From: Paragordius varius
Lineage: Eukaryota; Animalia; Nematomorpha
NCBI GenBank assembly: GCA_964247055.1
Contig: OZ176058.1
Coordinates: 3,596,001 to 3,660,000, forward strand
Reading direction: 5' to 3'
DNA: 64,000 nt
Shown piece after piece: positions 12,008-25,109 of this stretch. Both the position numbers and the translations under genes were made by a program. The notes beneath the pieces were generated by a model. It ran no database searches, was not told the DNA's origin, and was given only the letters and a program-made list of their open reading frames with translations. Numbering within the stretch: the first letter of the stretch is position 1; every line of letters starts with the position of its first letter.

Positions 12008-12075
12008 ATACAACTAGTGAAACGACCGAAACACCTCTAGAAATACCCAATCTGGACGATTTTTCCAGCAAATAA
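12008..12075 (+). CDS. Terminal exon, Thr/Glu/Pro-rich tail
   Basis: tttgtccag|AT ACA..., phase 1, (D)TTSETTETPLEIPNLDDFSSK*. The acceptor and frame are conserved in the diverged paralog 29470-29552 (DTTRETTEIPLEIPDLSIANDFSVSQL*). Confidence 0.55.
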
Positions 12076-13797
12076 TTATGTCATACTTTCGGAGAATCAT
12101 AATTGCAATTACATTACTTCATATATTTTTATCAAACGAACATTCGTTTTTCTTATTTAGCTGCTTATGCTTTATTAGAATTTTTTAATATTAGCATATT
12201 TTTTTGGATTTCATTTTAATATTAAATTTGTCATTTTTATTATGTTTGGCAACATATTTTTTGCGACGATTTTATATATATATATATGTATATATGAAAA
12301 TCATTAATTCTGGGTGTTTTAATTAATTTGTTAATATGATTTAATAAATTAGTATTGTGATTTATCTGAGTATAGAATTCACATTCTTTCTATTTCCCAA
12401 AAAGATGGGTTGTATTTGAATAGATTAAATATTCAATTTATACGTTTTATCCGTATAATTTCAATTTTACTATAAAATAAAGAATATACTATATGCTGAG
12501 TAAAATTTGGCTTTTTTGGATAAAAAACTGCAAAAAAGATGCAAAAATTAAATTTATTCTTTAAAATAAAAGTTCACAAAGCTATTACACAATGTTATTT
12601 ATAATTAAACAAACATTATCATCCAAGAACATAAAATAAAATGTGTTTTCATTTAATAAGATAGTGAGAAATATTTGTGTCAAAAAATGTTAAATTCCCC
12701 CGTTTTTGACGGTTTTTGCCCCCTGGAACAAAAAGTATTGAATATTTTGAGTTAATTTTTTTTATTTTGAAGATAAATTGGTGGTCTATAATAAAATTTG
12801 TATTATAAGCATATTATTTGTTGACTTAGCGAAAAATATATACAAACGAGAAAATTTTGGATATGGCTAAATATGGAAAAAGTCCATATCTCGAAAACGA
12901 CCTGGGTAAGTAAAATCTTTGCACAATGATCACAATTCTATAAGGAATCAGAAAATATTAATAAATTTGGATCCAGAAAATTGACCCCAAATTTTGTTGC
13001 ACAGTGTAATTAGTAATATTCTCATGCTCAAATAAAAAGTTATCCAAAAATAATAAAACAATACACTTGTTTTTTATTCCAAAAAATATTTTTTTTTCAA
13101 TTTAACATACATCTCTTATTATGTTTATAATTATTATTCAATACCATTTAACCTTTTTGGCCTACTTTACCTTTTGCGGTACTATTAAGAGATCAATGTT
13201 GTTAATAACTACGATATTGAAAGTTATATTATTATAAATTATATTATCAAACATTGTTGTCCAATGTAAAAAAGCTTATATTCTAAAAGTTTTGTGACTT
13301 CCAGAGTTTTAACTCGGGGCCGCTCCTAACCACGATTGAAACAAACAAATAAATATATAAGTTATGTAGACTCAAACCTTTTTAAAATTAATTATTTACA
13401 TTTTTACCTTAATATACATTTATTTGCTTGTTGCATTAGCGATTTAAAAAAATTAATGGAATAAAAATGGCGGCAAAAAGTTTGAGATGAGAATTTTATT
13501 AATTTTATAATTTTTTTTATCTATACTGCGACTAATTCGGCTTAATATTTGTAAGACTTTTGTTGAGTATTACATGCAAATTTTAAATATATATTTTGTT
13601 TGGATATTATAATTTTCTTTGAATTGTCTTATTTTTATATTTTTTGTACTATGCAAATATGATATACTTTGTTACACGAAATTTTATTGTTATAATGCAA
13701 ATTATGTTAACCTAAAAAAAATAGTATATATAAAGCACAAAAACCCGAATAAATATCCTTTAAGTTTTACGTTTTATACCTTTGTAACCTTCTAACA

Positions 13798-13805
13798 TGG
13801 TGGCA
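13798..13805 (+). promoter_or_regulatory. Primer-binding site, compatible with the tRNA-Leu 3' end
   Basis: TGGTGGCA immediately after ...TAACA; only 8 nt of complementarity. Confidence 0.5.
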
Positions 13806-14784
13806 ATTCGAATTCCGAACTAATCTAGAGAAAGTAGAGGTCTTACCGATATCCGAACGAACATGACAACGCCAATTGCCAATCTCGCTAACCTATGCAT
13901 CAAGATATATATTGTTAATACCAAGTTTGAGGAATACGTTGATTATATAAAAAATGCTATGGAAGCGGAAGATATTCCTGTAACAGAACACATTGCTTGC
14001 CTATGGTGGTCTATTAGTTGTGCGAAAAATAAATTAACGACTCTGTCCCAAAATAAAAGATGCATCATGGAGCGAGATACAGGCCTAAAAGTACTTAATT
14101 ACACAAAATCAAAATTTCAAAGCAGATTTGAAATTTTTTGACTTGTGCGGAGCAACGCTGAATCTTTCACCCAATTTTTAGAACGGGTTAAGATCGCAGC
14201 CAAAGAGGCCAAATTCAATGATTCGGTTGAACGTATTCGGGATGCTTCCGTCATTGGTTTACGGCAACCGCAATTGGAAATTGTATACATTCAAGGTATC
14301 CCGATGCCGAGATCAACGGACAACCCGTGCCTCTAGAAACGATAGTGGATCTCGCACTAGCACACGAGGCTGCTAGGGTGGCCTTCATAACAATAATGAG
14401 AATACACCAATCATGACAATGATAGTTTCTTAAATCGATTACAAAACACCAATAATAATATTAATAAGGCCATGCGTTCACCACAGCCATAGACCATACA
14501 AATGTCCTGCCTGGAACCGTAATTGCAATAAATGTGGAAAACCTCACCACTTCGCAAAAATGTGTAGATCAAAAAACACTGCCAAAAATTTGTTCAACCG
14601 CCAGATCTATAGAAAAGCAATGCCAACCTCACCGTGGACCGTAAGAATAATGATAACACAGAACAAACGTTTATCTATGACACTGGAGCTGACATCAGTA
14701 TTATCAGCTTTGACACCTGGAAAAAAGTTGGAAAGCCAAATATAAGACCCATACCGCCAGTAAAAGCCTAATGATAGTATAGTA

Positions 14785-16587
14785 CAGTGGTACTCACCAA
14801 AAAAATTTGACGGGCCAAATAAAACATAGTTTTTTTTCGAGGGCCATGAACGTTATAATTGCAATGTTCCATAACTATTTGACACATACGCATATATTTA
14901 TACTCTAAATCAGCACAATGAATTTTTTGCGGGTCGCATGTAAATCCAGTTATAAACTCGTTCACCATTTAGTTTTAAAAATTAAAATATTTTAACAACA
15001 TTTATTTTGATATTAACCAATAATTTTTGACAAAATTGGTTTGGCCTCATGACAAGCCAATCTTAATACGTCGTCCATATGATCATTGGTTAAGCGATTT
15101 CTCTATGTATTCTTGATATACTTTATTTTTGAATAGGCCCTCTCACACGCGTAAGTTGATGGAAAAACAGTTAGGATAACTTGGGCACATTTTTTTATAT
15201 TTTGTTATTTATTTGGCACATATTGCCAAAACTCTACATATATTTCTTCTCTACGATTTTCCTTAAATATAGCTTCCAAATTGGAATCATTAAAATCAAC
15301 TAATTCTTCAAAGATAAGCGCCTCAAAACCGAAAAGCTCATGCTTAATGTTGGATATATGCATATGCCAAGGATTTTCAACGAGTTTTAAGCAATTTTTA
15401 ATATTTTTTAATTCTTGAAATCTTCATCTCATTAGATAAAAATGTTAAATGATTGTCTATTATTAAATTAATCTCCGCCGTAAATTCCATATTTTCTTTA
15501 ATCGTTTTAAATGATGGAAAATGTAGGAGTGTTTTATTTATAAAATCTTGTTATATATTATTTTTTTTTAAAAAAAGCAAATATATGATTAGCAAATTGG
15601 GTATTATTTTGCTCCCTTGAAGACTTGTATTAAAAGTAATAAGTTTAGAAGTAATGTCGCAAAGGTAGGTTGATAAAACCCACCATTTGTCACTATTAAT
15701 TTCCTCGTCAAACTTTCTGTTATCTTTAAATAATAGAATTGCATGTCATAAAACAAAAAATCTATTTAATACTTTGCAAAGGCTTAGCCATCTCACAGCG
15801 GTGTACAAAAGAATATCATCAAACTCACTGTGGATATCTTTCTGAAGGTTTTTGATACGGCGGTTAAATTCTTTGCCACGGATGTTGAAAGCCATGGAGA
15901 TAATAGATTTTTCTTTCTGGCATAATTCCTTAATCTTTTTATATTTTTCGTTTCTTCCTCATGATTTTCTGTTAATTTATGAGAATAATGGATTGTAAAT
16001 GTATTTCAATATTGTATTTTTTTAATTATGTTGTCCTACATATAAGGCAGATATAACATTTTTATTTAAAACGACAATTTTCTTCCAATTTTTTTTCAAG
16101 GAGCAATTTTCATCGGATTAATTACGTTTTTTAGCATTAGATGTCATCCTTTGAATTTATCTAAAATATTATGTATATTTTTTCAGTAAATATGTATAAC
16201 CTGAATGCTATTAAAAAACAGGTCAAAATTCAATGACATTGATTTGAAAAATGATGCAGGATAGCAATGAAAAGAATATGTATTGCAAGTTTGGGTGAAA
16301 GGCTTGCTTAGATAGAAAAAAGGAATGCAATAAAAACCTTAAAATAAAATAAAATAGAATACGAAACAGAAACCAGTGCCAAAATTTTGAAATCATTTTA
16401 ATGTAGTGAAATTCTACATTTCAAATTGGGTAAAAAATAAAAAAACCAAAATTTTAAAGAAAATAAATAATTATTAAAATAAGAGAAAATTTGTTAAAGT
16501 GTATTTTAATAATCATCAATAAAAAATAATTATATGGTCATAGGGCAATTTTAGAGCACTCTTAGGGCCGCGGTTTGAGTACTACTG
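14785..16587 (-). mobile_element. hAT (Buster/Charlie group) element with decayed transposase, inserted in the Gypsy protease
   Basis: TIR CAGTGGTACTCA/TGAGTACTACTG; perfect TSD gtatagta (14777-14784, 16588-16595; nnnTAnnn). Minus-strand YTAVRWLS (~15783-15806), YLCDITSKL...SLQG (~15615-15670) and FPSTYACERAYS (~15130-15165). The protease frame rejoins across the TSD. Confidence 0.93.
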
Positions 16588-17860
16588 GTATAGTACCTCT
16601 ACTGGGCGTAACAGCAGTCGCAGTGCAAATCAATGAGAAAAACTTGGGAGACGCAGAATGTTGTGTATTGAAAGAAAAAATGTCAAAGGCATCGCTCATT
16701 TGTGGCTTAGATTGGATCATAAGATTCAACATCGACATTCCTAAAGTACGAATTAATTTTCTTAAACTTAATTATTGAAAATTTTCCTAATCTTTTTATG
16801 GAGGAATCAGGCTGTTGAGCCAATTACAATTCATATAGCACACAATGCCTCCCCCAAAGTTTGGCCTTGTCGCCGAGTACCATTTCTCCTAGGAGCAAAA
16901 GTTGAAAACAAATTGCTAAAATTACAAAAGTTAGACATTTTGGAGCCAATAGATCCCAACCTTACACCTCTGAAATGGGATACGCCCACCGTCAATGTGC
17001 TCAAAGCGAATGGAGAGGTAAGAATTTGTAGCAATAGAGTTACGATCAAAAAGTGGCTGAGTGAGGACTCTCATATTGAATAAAAATGTAATAAATTTAG
17101 AATTACGTATTAAGATTTTCCACTAACTTCTCTTTTTCATGAAAATAGAAAAGTTTAGCTAAATAAATAAAAAACGAGTTGAATATATAAAAATTACTTA
17201 TATAAGTTATTAGCGGTTAATAATTGATTTATTTTAACATAAGTTGTGCTTTTGATTAGTAATAAAATTAAATATATTTATAGTTTCATTGTGACATGTG
17301 TTATGATAAAAGCAAATTATTTTTTTGTATGTGTATATTATATGAATATAAATCAAATACCTTAAAAAATTTGCTTGATTAAATACTATTTATTTACTTC
17401 ATTTGTTAATTTTTATTGCTAGAAATAAAAATTGATAATGTGATATAAAAAAATTTGCATTACACTGGTGAAGGTGGTATAAGATCTTTTCTGTAAACAT
17501 TAACGATGTGAATCTACTGCTCCTTTTCTTGACTTTTTTGATGAAATTAAAAAACTTTACTCGGAGTGCGATTATTTTTTATAAAATAAATATTAAATAT
17601 AAATTTGTGATTTTGCATATGTTTATTTTGACAGTTAATGGAAACTATAATAAAATCGTTAGTTTAATATTTATACACATTTAGGGCAGTTTTTCCAAAC
17701 TTCTCTTCTGTATCCAACTTTGAATAGGTAAAATTAGCCAAAAATAACAAATAAACAGACCAAAGGTTCCAACCACATATAAAATTTAAATTATATACAT
17801 TAAAAGTTACTAAAATATTTTTTTCTCATATTTTTGTATATGTCAAGTGTGCCCTATACC

Positions 17861-20800
17861 TAAGGTGACCAGATGTCCCGCTTTTGGCTGGACAGTCCCG
17901 CTTTTTCACACTTTGTCCCGCGTCCCGCGACGTTTTTAAAATGTCCCGCTTTTTCACGATTATATAAAAAAAATTTTTTAATACAAATATATTTTTTTAT
18001 CCGTTTAAATTTTTTATCATTAATTATCTTTAAAATCTATATAAATTTTAAATTAAAATGTTTTATTTTTAAATTAAAATTTATTTTTTCGAATATATAT
18101 CATATGATAATACACTTTCCTTCCTACTACTACTGTCATCGTTATTAAAAAGCCAAGTTAATACAATCTCTAGATTAAAAGACAAATTGATACCACAAAT
18201 CGGTACCTTACACCTTTATTCCAGAAAATTAAAGTAATATAATATTTATTATACTAATATTTTAGTTTTATTACTTGCCAACATTATTAAAAAGCAAAAT
18301 AATACCACAAATCGGTAGCTTAAATGACAATTTGTTACCACAAATCGGTACCTTACACGTTTATTCCAGAAAATTAATGTAATATAATATTTATTATAAT
18401 AATAGTAGTTTATAAATATGAGCACAAAAAGAGGTTGTAAATTCAACGATGAATTAATGAAAGATTTTTCTTTTATCAAAAAAACGAGATGAATCATCTG
18501 TTAAATGTCTTATATGCGAGGGGGAATTCACCCTAGCACATGGCGGCAAGCATGATATTACAAAGCATATGGAAACAGAGAAACAAAAAAAATGTTTAGA
18601 TATGGCCAGCATCATCTTACAAAATGAGCGATTTTTTTCGAAAAACCGCTTTTGGAGAGGAAGAAAAGAATTTGGCACTAGCTGAGGGCGTTTTATCTTT
18701 TCACGTCCTTAATCACAATCATTCCTTTAGATCTATGGACTGTACCTCACAGGTTATTCGCACGTTATTCCATAAAAAATTATTATGTGCCCGTACAAAG
18801 GCTGAAGCCATTGTGTGCAATGTCCTTTCTCACATGCATTTTCTGAAATACAAAAAGATTTGCTGAAAATTAATTTCTTATCCCTATACTCTGATGCATC
18901 AAATCACACGAAACAAAATTATTTCCCACTTTAATAAGATATTTTGATTCAAAAACCGGAATAAAAATTAAAATTTTAGATTTAATTTCTCTACCCGGTG
19001 AAAATTCCGAAATATTATTTACAATAATGCATATTGAAAAAAATAATTTAAAAGATAAAATTATCGCATATTGCGCTGACAACACCAATACGAACTTTGG
19101 TCTAAAAGCAAGGAGGGGAACAAAAAATATTTTTCATAAATTAACAGATAATCTTAATCAAAACATTATTGGCGTTGGCAGTGCAGCGCATATAATACAC
19201 AACTCAAACAGCTGCTGATTTGTTACCCCTAGATGTGCAAAATGTAGTTGCTAAAATATATTCCTATTTTTATATATACACGGTACGTGTTGAAACGCTT
19301 AAAGAATTCTGTGAAAATGCAGAAGTTCAATATCAAAAAATGCTTGGATATTGTAAAACTCGTTGGTTAGCTTTTACGCCATCTATCGAAAGAATTTTAA
19401 AAATGTAAGATCCTTTAAAATCTTTTTTTATCACAGGACAAATGTCCTACAACTTTAAAAAAGTTTTCTAAAAGTGATTCTTCAAAAATATGGTTAGAAT
19501 TCTTACATAATCAAGATCTCTCTTTCAAAATGTTATTAAATTTATAAAAGGTGAAAAATTTCGGCAATGAAGTAGCCAATGAAGTTAGTAACCTAAAATT
19601 CAAATGTCAAGAACGGTTAGAAAATAATTTTATACCATTAACCATCCACAATATAATAAATAATTTAGAATAACAAGGCTTAATAAATCTTCAAGATATC
19701 CTCTACCATATAAAAAGTTTTATACAAACTGCAAAGATTATTTGGAAGACTGGACGACGCTGGATAACATTAAAATCAGAATTTAATTGGTGCGATGTTC
19801 AAAAATCATTATCTGCTCCCAAAAATTCTCAAAAAGTAATCTTTCAGAAAATGATCTTTTTTCTGAAGTATCATTAATTAAAAGATATATTAATAATGAA
19901 AAACCTAAATTATGGACAAAAGAAAAATATACAGTAGAAAAGAAATGGTTGGAAATATTTCATCATTACATCGGAAAAATCAAATTTAAATGTTGAAACT
20001 TTAAAGGCCGTTTTATCTGTCAAATATAATTTGAAAATTCTTGTGAAGACTTCTACAATATTTTAAAAAATAATGACAATCTGCTAAAACGCATTCACTC
20101 AAACAAAAAATATACCAAAGAATAAAATATTTTCTTTAGAGTTTTTGTGTTAAAAAATAAACAAAATTACTTAAAATATTGTATAAGTCTTCATAATTTG
20201 TCAAATTATATTTGAACACATAAAATGGCTTTTTTTAAATTTGATTCCATGTCCTTACTTAGTTTACTGTGGAAAAACGCGTTCAATAGCAGTCAGGTAA
20301 AGAAATGCAAATTCTACAATTAAATTATTATTGTATGGAACATAATTTGTTTAAAAATGATTATTTTAACCATTTCTATCCTACGTATTTTTTTCTGTTG
20401 TCCATAATATAAGTTTTCATTTAATATATTTATTTATTAATGAGACTTCATAAAAAAGTGTCATTGTGCACCGTCTTGTTTTCCAAATAATCGTTTCTGT
20501 TTGTATAAAACATATTTATATTCTGGCTATTCATTGAGCTTTGTTTTTCTGGATGCTTTATAATATTGCGATTAGGTAATGGTATAAAATTATTTTCTAA
20601 CCTTTTTTGACTTGGAATTTCGACTTTTGTCCTGTAATAGGATTACAGGAGATCACATTTTTATAAATATTTCAATCGCTGGCAAAAGAGCTAACCAACA
20701 GTTCTTCAATATCCAAGCATTTTAACATCTGTATTTTCCACATCCAGGGGTAACAAATCAGTAGCTCGTTGTGTATCTGCCAATAATTTTTGATTAAGAT

Positions 20801-21116
20801 GATTCGCTAAATTGTTAAAAATATTTTTTGTGCCGCTTCTTGCATCACCCAGCGCACTTTGTGATGATTTCGTCTTTATTATTTTTTTCTAGAATATTAA
20901 ATCACTTCACCCTTTATTCGTGCACATGTAAATTTATTGAATAAGGTACAAACAACCTGTAAGGTACAAATTTTTTTATATTTATAATGTATTAGTGTTA
21001 AAAATAAATAAATATTACAATAATTTTTTTGTATACAAATTTTTGGTTGTACCTCCCAATGACCCCCCCTTCTCAGATTTGTCCCGCTTTTTCCTTCAAA
21101 AAATCTGGTCACCTTA
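17861..21116 (+). mobile_element. Duplicate of Blackjack hAT 355-3610
   Basis: Same TIRs and TSD cctatacc; two SNPs in the left end (gatgt, gctgg). Confidence 0.93.
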
Positions 21117-21299
21117 CCTATACCACACCTTAGCAATATCTTCAAGTTTTTCTTAATCATATGATTTTTTATCACCTTCTGTTCAAGTTTTCTTGCTTGA
21201 CTTAAGTGCCCCAATGTTAATTTTTTTTATCACATGAAAGCAAGCCATGACTTGAAAAACTAGTAAGCCAAGTCAAATTTTATCACCCCCCCACTCTGT

Positions 21300-21333
<34 letters not shown>

Positions 21334-21335
<2 letters not shown>

Positions 21336-22930
21336 ATTTCCCAGTCTAAATAAACGTTTTCCCAGTCAATCGAAACATTTTCCCAGTGAATCGAAACGTT
21401 TTCCCAGTCAATCGAAACGTTTTCCCAGTCAATCGAAACGTTTTCCCAGTCAATCAAAACGTTTTCCCAGTCAATCAAAACATTTTCCCAGTCAATCGAA
21501 ACAATTTCCCAGTCAATAAAAACATTTTCCCAATCAATAAAAACGTTTTCCCAGTCAATAAAAACGGTTTTATTTTTGATGATAAGTATCAAAACAAGAT
21601 AGAAAAATAACATTTAACCATTATCAGCGTAATATTAGGATATTATTTTTTATAAAATCACAATTATTTAATGACAATATTTCCTATATATTCCAATACA
21701 CAATCATTAATAATTTATTCTTTAAAAGCTATATTTTATTAACTAGAAGAATATTTTATGGTTTTTAAGTATTTTTAAGAAAATATTTAATAATTTTTTT
21801 ATTTTATCGATGGTTCGCATTAATAATTGAGGCTAACTTTTAAAGTCTATAGTTACGGATAATAAAATTTATAAAAATATCCCATTTTATCTAAAATTGG
21901 TCATTTAACACTTCATATTGGGTCTTAAACATGTCTTCGAATTGTGTAAAAAATACTGTCGGAAAAAAATTTGAACAAAACATGGTTTTATATATGTTTT
22001 TCATTTAAAAATATTTTATAAAAAAGGATATTCTAACACAATGGCTTTGCGGGCCGCATTTTTAACTCAAAAAGCACGGCGTTCCGAATTCGTATTATAT
22101 AAGGACATTCATAAATAATTTATTCGATCTTAAACATAAGAATTTTTTAATTCGTTGTCAATTTTATAGACTCATTAGAATAATAGCGTAAGAAATATGA
22201 ATTTTACTAAGATCTTGTTGGCAAATTTTTGCATTGGATTTCCAAATTTTTCGCGGGCCGCACAAAGATTCGGAAGGCCGCCTTAGGCTGCGATGAACCA
22301 AATGATAAATATAAAAAATAGGGTAAAATTTATGTTTAAGACCCAATATGAAGTGTTAAATGACCAATTTGAGATAAAAATGGTATATTTTTATAAATTT
22401 TATTATCCGTAACTATAGACTTTAAAAGTTAGCCTCAATTATTAATGCAAACCATCGATAAAATAAAAAAATTATTAAAATTTTCTTAAAAATACTTAAA
22501 AACCATAAAATATTCTTCTAGTTAATAAAATATAGCTTTTAAAGAATTAATTATTAATGATTGTGTATTGGAATATATAGGAAATATTGTCATTAAATAA
22601 TTGTGATTTTATAAAAAATAATATCCTAATATTACGCTGATAATGGTTAAATGTTATTTTTCTATCTTGTTTTGATACTTATCATCAAAAATAAAACCGT
22701 TTTTATTGACTGGGAAAACGTTTTTATTGATTGGGAAAATGTTTTTATTGACTGGGAAATTGTTTCGATTGACTGGGAAAATGTTTCGATTGACTGGGAA
22801 AACGTTTTGATTGACTGGGAAAACGTTTCAATTGACTGGGAAAACGTTTCGATTGACTGGGAAAACGTTTCGATTGACTGGGAAAATGTTTCGATTGATT
22901 GGGAAAACGTTTATTTAGACTGGGAAATGG
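21334..22930. mobile_element. Duplicate of foldback element 3834-5430
   Basis: Same arms, arrays and spacer. Confidence 0.85.
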
Positions 22931-23943
22931 TATATATATGTTTTATGCACAATGTGTCCAAATTTCGCTATGATTTAAATTCAATGATAAATAATGCACA
23001 AATCATTTTTTGGACGTCATTTATTGGGAAATATATAAATACATTAAGTAACAGTAAAAATCTTGCACCTATTAATTTAGTCAATTTATATTTACTTAGT
23101 AATTATATTTGATTAAAGGGGGCATGCCTAATTTCGAATATCAAGAAGAAAGTTTAGTTTATATTTTAATTTTATTATAAATTCGACAAAGAATATACGT
23201 AGATTCCATATATGTTTGAAAACTATTTTCTATTTCTAACATATATAGTAAAAATTAAAATTATACGGACAAAGCAAAATATAAAGACCTTTTTTCTCAA
23301 AGACAATCATATTAATACCATAATATATCCAATTAAAATCATTTAAAACAATCTTAATATATGTAGTTGATGTGTTACCAAAATATCTCCATTCTAAACT
23401 TTGTTGTTTAAAACGGTGAGTTATATTTAAAAAATAAAGATTTGAAAAGTATGGTTGTGTATTAAAATTATTTGTCCTTCGTATAATTATTTTACTGTAT
23501 TTACTTGTTATTCTATTTTATTAAAGGAACTAAGGATTCTATCTACATATTTTTATTTTGTAAATGTAAGCAAAATTAGATAAAATTTTTGGTATTATTA
23601 CATATTATGAATAAACACTAGTTATATTATAGAGAACTCCATCGATACATACGCATTTCGCAATATAATCAAGCGAAAATACCTGGAACAACGTGGATGT
23701 TTTCTAACAATTTTGATGTTGTTTTTTTATAATTGATACATTAAAAAAGGCAGTATAAGTGAGAGCAAAACTGATGGAAAAATTATTGCTGATACCAGCT
23801 AATTTATTTACACAATGAAGGCAATGAAAACGATACTGAAATATATGTATATAAATATATTGAAGGGGGGGCTTTTTATTACTTATTATATTATTTAATA
23901 AAAAATCCAATTTTTTTGTGTTAAATTATCATTTTCAACAAAA

Positions 23944-25069
23944 ATGGGTGGATTTTCATCTATTCCAGCTGGAACGGAAATGCAAGCTACTTCTGCCTTA
24001 CCAACAATCTTCTTGGCTGCGTTTTTTAATTCCCCTAGAGGTAATAAAATAGATATTTAAATTAAAAATTTAGCGATATATATCATTTAAACGTCAAATT
24101 CATCCTCAAAAACAATTCAAATTTATCCTTAAATCAATTATGTGCTTTTTAACATTGAAAGCCTATATTTTTTATAAATTTTAAAAGTGTATTTCGTTTC
24201 AAATTATTACACTATGCCATAAAGAAATGCCCGAAAACACATAGTTTTTTAGAGTGAATTAGACGTGTTTAGTGAGAAATTGCATTGTTTAAGGGTAAAT
24301 TCGAATTGTTAAGGTTGATGTTTGAATATATTATACAGAGTTTAGTTAATTCGTAACGAAAAATTATTTTAACTAATTCTCCACCACTGATATATAAATT
24401 TTATGTCATTTCTTTGAGATGGTAAACTTTTTTAAAACTGTTTTAAATTTTTTTGTAAGTATACAAATTTGTATTTTACTATAGAGCATAAACCAGGAGT
24501 GGCTAACATGCGGGCCGCATGCCTTCCTCCAAAATGTTTCAGCAGCCGCGAGAAATATGATTGCAAAATAAATGAAAAATTTTTAATAAAAAAAAGATTT
24601 GCCTTTTTAAAATGTATATTTATTTGTTAATAACTCTTTCCGTTTAACAATGAGCTATCATAAACTGTTTAAATATTTAGCATTTACAATGTGTTGATTA
24701 ATTTATTTACAGTCTTACGGAATTTTAACAATTTATTATTACCCATATATTATGCGATGAATGCTGCCCGTTGAAATTTTCTGGTTAAAACTGCGGCCCG
24801 AAAAACCCTTTGTATTGGACAGACCTGCCCTTGGCATAGACTAACGATAGGCTATATCAGTATTTTAAACGGCTAAAAGTGTAAATAATTAACATGTCTG
24901 TTGCCACGTAGGAGATTTTTCATTTTTTATTACATAGTAAATTTAACATTGTATTTCTACTTGTAAAATCTAACTAATAGTAATGAAACATCTAATACAA
25001 GGCTACTGATATGTATGTATATTATAAAATCCCTTAAAGTCATTTAAATTACAGATATGGTCAATAATA

Positions 25070-25109
<40 letters not shown>

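Larger units (their letters stand above)
13688..17083 (+). mobile_element. Decayed, 3'-truncated Ty3/Gypsy (Mag-like) LTR retrotransposon interrupted by a hAT
   Basis: Candidate short LTR TGTTA(13688)...TAACA(13797) followed by PBS-like TGGTGGCA. Gag fragments 13863-14340, zinc knuckle CNKCGKPHHFAKMC (14524-14565), protease YDTGADISII (14676-14705) and RT start ...KWDTPTVNVLKANGEVRIC (16800-17040). No YxDD, RNase H, integrase or 3' LTR. LTR start uncertain. Confidence 0.88.

Noticed and set aside
13197-13797. A 600-bp 5' LTR starting at TGTTG/TGTTA 13197-13200
   Set aside because: 13210-13530 is homologous to non-LTR sequence at 39925-40270; a short LTR from 13688 is more parsimonious, though unproven without a second LTR.
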